A DNA stretch of 63,612 nt, the filler included, from Octopus bimaculoides (Eukaryota): NCBI RefSeq assembly GCF_001194135.2. It is 6 parts of 5 records of this genome, joined end to end, with 100 filler letters (N's around TTAATTAATTAA, not from the genome) between each part and the next. Parts side by side here need not be neighbours in the genome. Positions count along the whole stretch, not along the records: positions 34,152 to 44,066 come from NC_068986.1; positions 44,167 to 57,547 come from NC_068986.1; 4 more parts are not named here. One strand, written 5' to 3'. A program made the position numbers and the translations under genes. This document shows, piece by piece, positions 37,218 to 49,800 of this stretch. The notes under the pieces were generated by a model. It saw only the letters and a list, made by a program, of their open reading frames with translations, did not search any database and was not told the DNA's origin. How positions within the stretch are numbered: the first letter of the stretch is position 1; every line of letters begins with the position of its first letter.

Positions 37218-38357
37218 TCATCTGGGTCTGCCTCTTCCACAGGCTCCCTCAACCGCTAGGCTGTGGCACTTTTTCACACCGCTATCCTCATCCATTCTCA
37301 CCACATGAGCATACCAGTACAGTTGTCTCTCTTGCACACCACATCTGATGCTTCTTAAGTCCAACTTTTCTCTCAAGGTACTTACAATCTGTCTAGTATG
37401 CACACTGACATTACACATCCATTGGAGCATACTGGCTTCGTTTCTTGCAAGCTTACGCATGTCCTCAACAGTCACGGCCCATGTTTCACTGCCATGTAGC
37501 ATGGCTGTTTGTACACATGCGTCATACAGTCTACCTTTTACTCTGAGCAAGAGGCCCTTTGTCACCAGTAGAGGTAAGAGCTCTCTGAACTTTGCCCAGG
37601 CTATTCTTATTCGAGCAGCTACACTTTCAGTGCACCCTCCCCCGCTACTGACTTGGTCACCTAGGTAATGGAAGCTATCAACTACTTCTAGTTTTTCTCC
37701 CTGGAATGTGGCAGAAGTTGTTCTCTGTACATTTTCAGTGTTTATTGCTCCTAAGCATCTGCCATATACAAAAAATATCTACCCAGTTAGCCTTCCTTTG
37801 ATATTGCTGCACCTCTTATGTGTCCATAGCTTACACTAGGTACATTTAATAGAGTTTCTGCCTACGCTTTTTCTACAGATCGAGCAGGGCCATCTACCTG
37901 AAGGGGTTTGTGGTTTGTCTGCCTTCCTACTTATCAGGACTTTGGCTTTAGTTAGGTTGATTCTAAGGCCCTTCGATTCTAATCCTTGCTTCCACACCTG
38001 AAACTTCTCCTCTAGTTCTGATAGTGACTCAGCAATTAGAGCAAGGTCGTCAGCATAGAGGAGGAGCTCCCAGACGCATCATGTCTTGAATTCCTCTGTT
38101 ATTGCCTGGAGGACTAAGATAAATAAGAGGGGGCTCAGGACTGAACCTTGGTGGATCCCTACCTCTACCTGGAATTCTTCACTGTACTCGTTGTCAACTC
38201 TCACCTTACTGACAACATCCCTGTACATGGCTTGCACAGCTCCCACTAACGATTCATCTATCTCTAGTTTCCTCATTGACTACCAGATAAGGGATCAGGG
38301 GACCCTGTCAAAGGCTTTCTCCATGTCAATGAAAGCCAGGTACAGAGGTTTATCTTT
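37218..38357 (-). mobile_element. RTE-clade LINE, RT domain and C-terminal fragment
   Basis: VEVGIHQGSVLSPLLF, LLYADDLA, KGRLYDACVQTAMLHGSETWA, WYAHVVRMDEDSGVKKC...GACGRGRPR; disrupted. Confidence 0.9.
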
Positions 38358-38668
38358 GCATATATATATATATANNNNNNNNNNNNNNNNNNNNNNNNNN
38401 NNNNNNNNNNNNNNNNNNNNNNNNNNNNNNNNNNNNNNNNNNNNNNNNNNNNNNNNNNNNNNNNNNNNNNNNNNNNNNNNNNNNNNNNNNNNNNNNNNNA
38501 TATACTAGTCTAAGTGTCCAGCATTGCTTGGAAGTTTAAAGAATGTTAAAGGAAATGAATATATCTATTCTGATAAAAATTATATTTTCAGAAAAATTCT
38601 ATCAGATGACATAAGTATAAACAGTTATTAAAACAAATCCTGAGATCAATCACAGTTTAATTTTGTTT

Positions 38669-39949
38669 AATTCAAGAACAATCATATGATCCCATATGAT
38701 CGAGTTTGACAACTATGCTGTTTATAACGAAAGAATACCCCTTCCATGAAGGTCTAAAGGTTGTACATGTACATATTAGACATTAGAAAGGGTTACAGCT
38801 GATGTTATGCACCCTACACAAGCCAAGCTAACTTAATTTCTCTTGCAAAAGAGAGAGAGGCATTTTCTCTCTTTTTCAATATTTAATTACAAGAGATATG
38901 TTGTTACCATATATGGTAACAACATATTCTCTAAATATACAATGTTTTCAGTGTGTCCTTTAAGTGGGTTACAAATAAAAAGAGTTTTGGGACTTCCAAC
39001 TTGCAAATATCCTACATGAGAGAAGCAAGGCTAAATCCAACAACTGAGTGATTGTCCTTGAGATTTGTTTATCAACAGAGCAAAACTTAGTTTCACTGGG
39101 AACTGGAGCCATTTAAATTCAAAGTAGAAGTCAAATGGTATTAACAGGATCTGTGGAATGAAGGCATCTTCACCCTTATATTCCCCAGTAATAATTGTTG
39201 CTTCTAGGATATGGGGTTGCATTGCTTTCACCACCAGTCTGGTGCTATTGCACAGGCATGGTGGATCCAGGTTCCTGAGCAGCATGATTGAGGTCCCCTT
39301 TTTAAGTGTTTAGTTGTGTGGTGGCATCCCAGATGGCTGTAGAGAGTTCAGGGACTCAGTTGCAAAAACTACAGCTTGGTCCTGATCAATGACAGTGTCG
39401 ATGGATTTGAAAGACAGTTCTTGTCCTGGCAACAGCAGCAAGAGATCCCAATTGATTTTGTCGACAGTATCATTACGTGGAGCTAAGATGGCTCGCTCAC
39501 GTAGCTATTGACTGTTGCTAAAGTTTCGTGCAATGTTTGGAAACACATGCATTTTGAGATCAGTGACTGTTGGTGCCATCTCACCACAGGGTAGCTTGAG
39601 TTGCTGTTGCAATTCTCCATATAAATGATAACAAAGTGTGTATCAAATGAAATTAAAATCCTGGTTCAGTGACAGATTGATCAAGTTAGTAAAGTTTTAA
39701 TGTTTTGGTAACACTATATTATCTCTTGTAACTAAATATTGAAAAAGAGAGAAAATGCCTCCCTCTCTTTTGTAAGAGAAATTAAGTTAGCTTGGCTTGT
39801 GTCGGGTACATGACATCAGCTGTAATCCTTTCCAATGTCTAATATGTACATGTACGACCTTTAGACATTTATGGAAGTAATATTCTTTCGTTACAAACAA
39901 TATAGTTGTCAAACTCGATCATATGGGATCATATGATTGTTCTTGAATT
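38669..39949. repeat. ~230-bp inverted repeat pair (38669-38898 / 39720-39949), about 90% identical by eye
   Basis: aattcaagaacaatcatatgatcccatatgatcgagtttgacaacta... is read in reverse complement at 39949 backwards. Confidence 0.88.
38925..39612 (-). pseudogene. Helitron PIF1-like helicase C-terminal fragment
   Basis: ERAILAPRNDTVDKIN...KSIDTV...LNSLQPSGMPPHN*TLKKGTSIMLLRNLDPPCLCNSTRL...QFPVKLSFALLINKSQGQSL, then frameshifted PCFSH...GSPKTLFI...TENIVYLE. Confidence 0.9.
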
Positions 39950-40392
39950 TCTGTAAAAAATTTTTTATTTCTTTACTCTGTTTGGAAGGTGACATTTGCT
40001 TTGATGAGAGAGTAGAAAGTGAAAGATGTATGTACATGTATATGAAAGGGAAGTGTGTGTGCGTGTGTGAGAGAGAGTGAGTGATTGAAGGCATGTGTTG
40101 TCATGTATATTTTTTGCACGCATTTGTAAGTGGCACTCTCTCTCTCTCTCCCTCTCTTTCTCTCTCTCTCCCTCTCTCTCTCTCCCTCTCTTTCTCTCTC
40201 TCTCTCTCACATATACATGCATACATCTTTCATATACACATACATGCATACATTTTTTTGTATGGGTGTGTGTGTGTGTGAAAGAGTGAGTGAGTGAAGG
40301 TGTGTGTTGTCATGCATATGTAAGTGGCAATCACTCTGTCTCTCTCACACATACACTATCTTTCAAGTACACATACATACATAAATACATAT

Positions 40393-40870
40393 GCAAGGTC
40401 GTCAGCATGTAGGAGCTCCCAAGGGCATCCTGTCTTGAATTCCTCTGTGATTGCCTGGAGGACTATGATAAATAGGAGGGGGCTCAGGACTGAACCTTGG
40501 TGGACCCCTACTTCTACCCGGAATTCTTCACTGTACTCGTTGCCGACCCTCACCTGACTGATGGCGTCCCTGTACATGGCTCGCACAGCTCTCACTAACC
40601 ATTCATCTATCCCTAGTTTCCTCATTGACCATCAGACAAGGGATCGGGAGACCCTGTCAAAGGCTTTCTCCATGTCAACGAAAGCCAGGTACAGAGGTTT
40701 ATCTTTGGCGAGGTATTTCTCTTGCAGCTGTCTTACCAGAAATATAGCATCAGTGGTGCTTTTCCCTGGCACGAACCCAAACAGCATCTCATCTAAACTG
40801 ACTCTCTCCCTAATTAGTTGGGCTATGACCCTCTCCGTGACTTTCATTACCTGATCTAACAACTTGATAA
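40393..40870 (-). mobile_element. RTE-clade LINE RT fragment
   Basis: LLDQVMKVTERV...FGFVPGKSTTDAIFLVRQLQEKYL...AFVDMEKAFDRV; VGVHQGSVLSPLLF; WELLHADDLA. Confidence 0.9.
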
Positions 40871-41313
40871 TATAGTTCTATATTTTTCTTATGAATATTG
40901 TTCTATAAGGGACTTTTAATATATGTCACTGGCATCACTGAGGTAAAGAAAAAATTATCAATGATACCACTAATGATACCACTAATTTGCAATTAATTTG
41001 ATTATGTCATCTGTATTAATTAATGCAATTATATCATAAAAATGTAAAAAATTAAGATATCATTTAGAAATTTTGGCAATAGCCTAGCCATTTTGGCAAT
41101 CTTTCATTTTAACTCGAAGGCATGTGCACATGGCTCAGCTGTTACCTTACGTGTTCGGTAATTGACCTGGACGTGTGTATGTGCTGACAGGGGGTGCGAG
41201 ACAGATAGTGTGTGCTGTGTGTGTATGTGTGTGTGAGAGAGAGTGACAGCATGCATTTTTAATTTATTTTTTATTGCATTTTTTCAGTGAAGGTGAGTGA
41301 TTGACTGAGAGAT

Positions 41314-41358
<45 letters not shown>

Positions 41359-42257
41359 TAGAGAAAGAGAGAGAGAGAGAAGGTGTGTGCTGGTGTGTGT
41401 GTATGTANNNNNNNNNNAGTGTAAATTTTACTTAGCTACTTATACATACTTGCAAAAAAAAATTGTCATGAAAACATACACCTTCACTCAGTGACTGACT
41501 CTTACTCTCACTGTCACATACACACATATACAAAGCATGTATGCTTGAGTATTTATGCATGTATGTGTATACGACAGATAATGAGTGTATGTTTGTGTTT
41601 GCGTGTGTGGCTGACCCTAGCCATTTTACACATACATGACAACACCTTTCTCTCTCTCTCAGTCAATCACTCACACACTTACTCACTAAAAAAACATGCG
41701 AGAAAAACTAACTAAATAAAAAGATTTACGCTATCACTCTCTTTCTTTCTCTCTCTCACACACACAGAACAAGACACACCTTCTCTCTCTCTCTCTCTGA
41801 CAACACCTCTCTCTCTCTCTTTCTCAGTCAAATACACACTAAAAAATATGAGAAAAAGTAAATAAATAAAATTCACACTATCACTCTCTCTCTCTCTGAC
41901 AACACCTCTCTCTCTCTCTCTCTCTAACAACACACCTCTCTCTCTCTCTCTCTGACAACACACCTCTCTCTCTCTCTCACACAACACACACCTCTCTCTC
42001 TCTCTCAGTCAACCATTCAACACTCACTCTAAAAAGATGCAAGGAAGAATAAATTTAAAAATGTAAGCTTTCTCTCTCTCTCTCTCTCTCCCTCACACGC
42101 ATACACATGACACACCTCTCTCTCTCTCTCACACACACATACACACAAAACGCACACTTTAAATTTATTATTCAATTTGCAGTAAGGAAAAATCTTAAAT
42201 TATTGATTGACATATTATTATTAATTAGTATAATGGCATAGCCTGGAAAAAACATGG

Positions 42258-43144
42258 ATTACATGGAAAAATGCAAGCAAGAGAAATAATATTAAGATTA
42301 TAAACCTGGAAAAGTACAGGACAAGTTATTACACCTGTAAAAGTATAGGACAAGCTATTACTTCTAGTAAAGCAAAGAATAAGAAACTTTTCACTTAAAA
42401 TATTGCAGCTAAAATTAAAATTTGAATATTAAAAATTATTTTATTTTTATTTACAAAGTGATATTATAATTAAAATGGTACCATCATTCTGTTAAAATAT
42501 TGACACACTAGAAAACTTAAAAAATGAGAGCCAGAAATACCATTATTGATAAAGTTTTATGCAAAGTAGAATAGTATATGTGGTACGCAAATTCCTTATG
42601 TAAATAAATAGGCATTGGGTCAAGACTGAAAATGTGAAGACTTGGCAATAACTTAGGGAATAACTCAAGCAAATTTTACTGTAAATTTGTTGTTATAGGT
42701 AGATTTTACTGTAATATATAACTAATTTTTTATCATTCTATTTATTGTACCAACTAATGATGTACTACGATTATTTTTTATAACCTATTTTCAAATTTCT
42801 AACTATTAATTAATAATTTTAAAAAATGAATTTTTTTTAAAGTGCAAAAAATATTTCAGTTGAGTTATTTTTAATTTTTAATAGAAGTAACAAGTAATAA
42901 CAAATAGAAGTAATAACTTGTAATAAAATTTTTAGTTTTAATAAAAGCTAATATTTTCTAAACCTACATATTTTATTTGAAATTATATCCTTAGCTGCAA
43001 TATTTTAAGTAAAAATGTTCTTGTTCTGTACATTACCAAATATAATAAGTTGTCCTGAACTTTTCCAGGTGTAATAACTTGTCCTGTACTTTTCCAGGTT
43101 TATAATCTTAAGAATATTATTTCCCTTGCTCCCGTTTTTCCATG

Positions 43145-43148
<4 letters not shown>
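42258..43148. mobile_element. Foldback/MITE-like element with ~155-bp inverted arms
   Basis: 42258-42412 and 42991-43148 are inverted, with internal subrepeat acctggaaaagtacaggacaagttatt; related arm at ~26735-26855. Confidence 0.7.
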
Positions 43149-43149
<1 letters not shown>

Positions 43150-43188
<39 letters not shown>

Positions 43189-44066
43189 ACATAAATAATA
43201 TACAAATATATGCATACATCCATACATATATTACATACCTACATCTATATGTATGCATATATGGGTACAGGACATGAAAAAAGTGTGGACAGAATGAGAA
43301 ACGAGAACATAAAAAACAAAAACATAGAAAACAAACTTTTTCGAACAACGAAAAAACAAACAAACAGAGAAACGAAACATGCAGCATAAAGAACATACCC
43401 TTCATCAATTTCCCCTGTTTTATCTACTCTGCATTTCGAAGGTAAGGACAAGACGCGACTTTGTTAAAACAGTCCTTCCCGCAAAGCAAATTAAATAAAA
43501 TTTGGGATTTTTTGCAGAGGGAGAAGTGGTAACAAAAATAGGACAGTGAGAACAAAACAATAAAAACAAACGGTGAGGGCTGTTAGCCAAGACGATGGGA
43601 AGTGGTGAACGCTTGGAAAAATGAGCTTTGCAAAGAGACAGATAAAAGGAAGTGGAAGAAAGAGAGAATGGCCTTTGGTCACGTGTGAGCAACGAGAGAG
43701 TCAAGGAGGGAGAGTGTGTGTGTGTGAGAGAGAAAGGGGGAATGGTGAAGGGGAGACGAGAAGAATAGGGAAAGGATGGGAGAGAAAACAGAAAGGAAGA
43801 AGAACAAGTGAGGGAGATAGACAGAAAATAGAATAAGAGTGCGCATCGTAATTATTAAGATAAAACTTACTTGGGAAAGATGCATGGCGTTCGATCATAT
43901 AATAATATGAATAATATATAAATATATGCATATATACATATATATATGTACATACCTACATATATATGTATATATACATGCATATATGGGTACAGGACAT
44001 CAGAAAACGTGGACAGAATGAGAAATGAGAACATGAAAAACAAAAACATAGAAAACGAACATTTTT
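43150..44066 (-). repeat. Block-body-block direct repeat; same family as 29405-29990 (+)
   Basis: 43190-43335 and 43890-44066 share tatgggtacaggacat..gtggacagaatgagaaa.gagaacat..aaaacaaaaacatagaaaac; the reverse complement resembles 29860-29990. Confidence 0.6.
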
Positions 44067-44760
44067 NNNNNNNNNNNNNNNNNNNNNNNNNNNNNNNNNN
44101 NNNNNNNNNNTTAATTAATTAANNNNNNNNNNNNNNNNNNNNNNNNNNNNNNNNNNNNNNNNNNNNTTTTATTTTTTGGGGGAGGTTGTCCTATAATTGA
44201 CTTTTAATAGAATCCCGAAATATCTTTTAATTTCAATACGTTCTAAGATTTCAGATTTGCGGAATAATTGTACTTCCTAATCATTTCTACAGTGTCCAAC
44301 ATGCAATGGAACGTTGAAGCTAAATGGAAAAATGGGGAGGGGGAGATTTGGATTCTGGAGATTATCGTGAGGATAGTATAATATATGAATTACTCAGAGA
44401 TTCGAAATGTTTTAGTTTAGAATAACAGATTAGATGGATTTTGTTCTTGAATTAGGTATTCTAGAATTTGAGCAGTTTCCTCAGCCCTTTTTGTATTCTT
44501 GGAATATGTTCTATTCCATATTTTTTCTGTCAGGAAGAATTATTGAGCCACTAGGAATACTGCGAGAGAATGATATAATGGAGGAAAAAGTCAATGAAGG
44601 GTAATTTTCTACGGGATCGATTGACCTATAAACACGTATAAAGTCTCCTTTCAAATACAATGTCTTGTAAGAGAGTAAAAAACGCTTTAAAGGGCAATTG
44701 CATGAAGTGGAACACAATTGGAATATATTTGGTACTCTTGGCTCACTCCACACTAAAGTC

Positions 44761-45130
44761 TGTTGTTGGCATTCCGTCGCTTACGACGTCGAGGGTTCCA
44801 GTTGATCCGATCAACAGAATTTACCGCGCAAGTGGCTGATCACTCCATAGACACGTGTACCCTTAACATAGTCTCGGGGATATTCAGCATGACACAGTGT
44901 GACAAGGCTGGTCCTTTGAATTACAGGCACACAAGAAACAGAAAGTAAGAGTGACAGAAAGTTGTGGTGAAAGAGTAGAGCAGCATTCACCACAATCCCC
45001 TGTCGGAGCCTCGTGGCACTTTAGGTGTTTTCGCTCAATAAACACTCACAACGCCCGGTCTTGGAATCGAAACTGCGATCCTATGACCACGAGTCCGCTG
45101 CCCTAACCACTGGGCAATTGCGCCTCCACA
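44761..45130 (-). mobile_element. SINE family A
   Basis: Small internal deletion; TSD cactaaagtct on both sides. Confidence 0.85.
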
Positions 45131-45299
45131 CACTAAAGTCTACAGCTGTACCTTCACCACCACAACCACTAGCACCTCCATAACTGTCAGTACTTCCATC
45201 AACATCTGCACTACAACTATGATCAATTACAGCAATAACAACAGCAGCTGTAACAGCTACAGGTAACCATTGTAGATTAATAGTCAACTTATGCATTTT

Positions 45300-45754
45300 A
45301 CTGTTTGAGAGGACCCGCTTTATGAAACACCTGGATTCCGAGTTTTATTTTTGAAGCACAGAATTCAAAGATTGAACGAAGTGCAAAAGTTTCTACTACC
45401 ATAACAAATGCGTATGCGTGTTATCGAGAAAGTTATAGAGAGCGAAAACTAGCTTCTTATAAGCAAACAACTCTAGACTTACTTTTAAAAAGTAATTTAC
45501 AAATCCGTCTACGAGTGCTTGTGAATCGGCGGTAGCGAGTCTTTTGCAAGTGAAAGTGAATTAGAAAACGATTATAATAGAAATACATTTTATTATAAAT
45601 GATATTGACATTCTTTTTCCATTACATACAATATTCTTTATATTCCAGCGTTGTTTTATTGCCACGTATTTCACATTGCTACTATGGGAAATCATTGCTT
45701 TGCTTTATGAGCGGCCCCCGGGAACAAATTAACTCGTATATCGAAGCATTACTG
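45300..45754 (+). mobile_element. Tigger-type transposon 3' end
   Basis: FEAQNSKIERSAKVSTTITNAYACYRESYRERKLASYKQTTLD resembles the Tigger transposase C-terminus. TIR ggaacaaattaactcgtatatcgaagcattactg then TA. Confidence 0.75.
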
Positions 45755-46364
45755 TACTTCTTTAGAAGTAACTGGTTTCAGTTCTTTTAACATTAAACCC
45801 AATTCGCGCAATTCATTCAGCCGGAGTTATTCGAGTAATGGTTTGTATTGCAACAGGAACAGACTTCGATTCCCCTTGATTTATCTAGAGCCCCTAGTAG
45901 CTTTCTGAGCAGTTTCACCAATGCATCAGTTGATGTCATGTAAACCTCCTGAATCAACGATATAATAGGATAGCTATTAGCTTAAAAGACATCCAACGAA
46001 ATGGTGTCCCGCTGCTATATATAAACCCTTGTTTTCTGGACTCCATGTTAAATGAATCCCAATACTATGAGGGCCGAGAACACCCTCCCCATCAGGTCGA
46101 ATTTCTTGATATATATGCGTATATTTATTTATATACCCTTACCTATATACACCTATATACATTTACACGCAACCATACACGCGCACATACATACACACAC
46201 AAAATATATTTCTGTTTTGATATAGATGTTCATGTCCATTATGTAATGCATATTACATAAAGTCGCCGACAATCATTTAGTCATAACCGAATTATTTGTC
46301 CCCTCTCAGTATATCTATAAAATAAATACATACATACATACCTGCATACATATCGTTGTCACTA

Positions 46365-46402
<38 letters not shown>

Positions 46403-46720
46403 TTCATTCATATTTTGGGTGTTTATTTCTTGTCTTTGCACATTTGCGTCTCTATTTGTCTTCGTATATGTAACGCCATTTAAGTCGAGCGTAAACGATG
46501 AAAGCACATACTTAAGTAAGTCTGCGTTTATATATGCATGTGCGTGTGTGTGAGTGTGTGTGTATGTGTTTGTGTGAGTGTCTGTAGGTATGCAAGCATG
46601 TATGTATGTATATATGTGTGTGTGTGTGTGTGTTTGTATCTATGTATGTATGTATGTATGTATGTATAAATTCTTATTTCTGTTAGGCAAAACACCTCCC
46701 ACTAGTGATCCTTTCATTTA

Positions 46721-46888
46721 CGATAGGGTGCTGAAAAGTTCTTCTCTTTAAGAGAATCGCGAAAGACTTTGTTGAAGTCCCCCAAAATCTTTTACAGGAA
46801 TAGACGCTGCAATAAGTGTGTGAATCTGAGTAGGGAATATTTTGAATAAGATAATAATTAACTGAACCTGCTTTTCAGCATCCCCTCG
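46721..46888 (+). mobile_element. 168-bp mariner-derived MITE
   Basis: TA|cgatagggtgctgaaaagttc ... cttttcagcatcccctcg|TA; interior encodes RRCNKCVNLSREYFE* (mariner C-terminus). Confidence 0.75.
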
Positions 46889-49800
46889 TATGGAACACGC
46901 CCCATCATATGTGTGTGTGTGTGTGTGCGTGCGTGCGTGTACATATCTTTTGTATTTTATTTAATTCAATCATCATACTGCAGCTATGCTGGGACGCCAC
47001 TTTGAAAACTTTTAGTCCAACGGATCAACACCAGTACGTAATTTATTATAAACCTGGGTACATATTTTGTCGGTTATCTTTACAGAACAGNNNNNNNNNN
47101 NNNNNNNNNNNNNNNNNNNNNNNNNNNNNNNNNNNNNNNNNNNNNNNNNNNNNNNNNNNNNNNNNNNNNNNNNNNNNNNNNNNNNNNNNNNNNNNNNNNN
47201 NNNNNNNNNNNNNNNNNNNNNNNNNNNNNNNNNNNNNNNNNNNNNNNNNNNNNNNNNNNNNNNNNNNNNNNNNNNNNNNNNNNNNNNNNNNNNNNNNNNN
47301 NNNNNNNNNNNNNNNNNNNNNNNNNNNNNNNNNNNNNNNNNNNNNNNNNNNNNNNNNNNNNNNNNNNNNNNNNNNNNNNNNNNNNNNNNNNNNNNNNNNN
47401 NNNNNNNNNNNNNNNNNNNNNNNNNNNNNNNNNNNNNNNNNNNNNNNNNNNNNNNNNNNNNNNNNNNNNNNNNNNNNNNNNNNNNNNNNNNNNNNNNNNN
47501 NNNNNNNNNNNNNNNNNNNNNNNNNNNNNNNNNNNNNNNNNNNNNNNNNNNNNNNNNNNNNNNNNNNNNNNNNNNNNNNNNNNNNNNNNNNNNNNNNNNN
47601 NNNNNNNNNNNNNNNNNNNNNNNNNNNNNNNNNNNNNNNNNNNNNNNNNNNNNNNNNNNNNNNNNNNNNNNNNNNNNNNNNNNNNNNNNNNNNNNNNNNN
47701 NNNNNNNNNNNNNNNNNNNNNNNNNNNNNNNNNNNNNNNNNNNNNNNNNNNNNNNNNNNNNNNNNNNNNNNNNNNNNNNNNNNNNNNNNNNNNNNNNNNN
47801 NNNNNNNNNNNNNNNNNNNNNNNNNNNNNNNNNNNNNATATATATATATATATATGCATATCATATATATATACACACGCACACACATACATATATATAT
47901 ACAACGGACATTTTTTCCCGATTCTCTCTACCAAATCAGACAATCACTATTTGTATATATATGTGTCTGTCTGTCTGTCTCTCTCATTGTTACTCTTTGT
48001 CTCTTTCTCTGTCTCTCTGTCTCTGTCCCTCTCTTTTACATTTTGTATTACATTTGTCCAGAGAGAAAATTAGTGTTAGGAGCAGTGTATGTAAGCGCTA
48101 CTTCTCTTTAACAATGCGAAGTGGTTATGAAAGGAGAGGTGTAAGCTACAATTTACGTAGGAAAGGCGTGGTAAGGGATGAAAGAAGGGATGACAGTGTT
48201 TCGGTCATATATATATAAATATATATATATAGGGCCCAGGCATATAGGCCCAAGCATATACATATATATATATTTGTATGNNNNNNNNNNNNNNNNNNNN
48301 NNNNNNNNNNNNNNNNNNNNNNNNNNNNNNNNNNNNNNNNNNNNNNNNNNNNNNNNNNNNNNNNNNNNNNNNNNNNNNNNNNNNNNNNNNNNNNNNNNNN
48401 NNNNNNNNNNNNNNNNNNNNNNNNNNNNNNNNNNNNNNNNNNNNNNNNNNNNNNNNNNNNNNNNNNNNNNNNNNNNNNNNNNNNNNNNNNNNNNNNNNNN
48501 NNNNNNNNNNNNNNNNNNNNNNNNNNNNNNNNNNNNNNNNNNNNNNNNNNNNNNNNNNNNNNNNNNNNNNNNNNNNNNNNNNNNNNNNNNNNNNNNNNNN
48601 NNNNNNNNNNNNNNNNNNNNNNNNNNNNNNNNNNNNNNNNNNNNNNNNNNNNNNNNNNNNNNNNNNNNNNNNNNNNNNNNNNNNNNNNNNNNNNNNNNNN
48701 NNNNNNNNNNNNNNNNNNNNNNNNNNNNNNNNNNNNNNNNNNNNNNNNNNNNNNNNNNNNNNNNNNNNNNNNNNNNNNNNNNNNNNNNNNNNNNNNNNNN
48801 NNNNNNNNNNNNNNNNNNNNNNNNNNNNNNNNNNNNNNNNNNNNNNNNNNNNNNNNNNNNNNNNNNNNNNNNNNNNNNNNNNNNNNNNNNNNNNNNNNNN
48901 NNNNNNNNNNNNNNNNNNNNNNNNNNNNNNNNNNNNNNNNNNNNNNNNNNNNNNNNNNNNNNNNNNNNNNNNNNNNNNNNNNNNNNNNNNNNNNNNNNNN
49001 NNNNNNNNNNNNNNNNNNNNNNNNNNNNNNNNNNNNNNNNNNNNNNNNNNNNNNNNNNNNNNNNNNNNNNNNNNNNNNNNNNNNNNNNNNNNNNNNNNNN
49101 NNNNNNNNNNNNNNNNNNNNNNNNNNNNNNNNNNNNNNNNNNNNNNNNNNNNNNNNNNNNNNNNNNNNNNNNNNNNNNNNNNNNNNNNNNNNNNNNNNNN
49201 NNNNNNNNNNNNNNNNNNNNNNNNNNNNNNNNNNNNNNNNNNNNNNNNNNNNNNNNNNNNNNNNNNNNTATATGTATATATGTATGCATAATAATATTTT
49301 ATATATATATATATGTATAGAAACGTACATACATAAATACATATATGCATATATATATATATATATACACTCACTCACACACAAACACATTTACTCACGC
49401 ACAAACACACACACCACACACCACACACAAACACACATATATTCTTATAAATATAAGCATATTTAGATCAGCATAAACCAACCTACAAGCGACAGAATCA
49501 GCAAGGCACAACAACTCACAGATACGCTCTTATCTGTGCACCATCCACTAGAGCCCCTCCCTCACAAAGCAATCACCACCACCATCGCCACCACCACCAC
49601 CATCGCCACCACCACCACCATCTTTACCATCATGACTACTGCCACCGACCATTTGCTGACCCGTAAGACATGTGAAAGGATCCTTAATCAACACCATTAG
49701 CCGCTTATAATGAACCTATTAATGTGTCAGATATGTGTGGCGGCTAATGTGAAATAGAGGGCGTTCTCGTCTATACACAGGGACATATGAAGCGGACGGA

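Noticed and set aside
41215-42130. Inverted and tandem GA/CA-rich units
   Set aside because: Low-complexity minisatellite; no spacer-repeat (CRISPR-like) regularity or other information.
44511-44753. 80-aa minus ORF with CSTSCNCP
   Set aside because: No recognisable family or convincing splice sites; its start overlaps a SINE target site.
48180-48280. Minus-strand CCGAAACACUGUC half-hammerhead
   Set aside because: No CUGANGA half visible before the gap.
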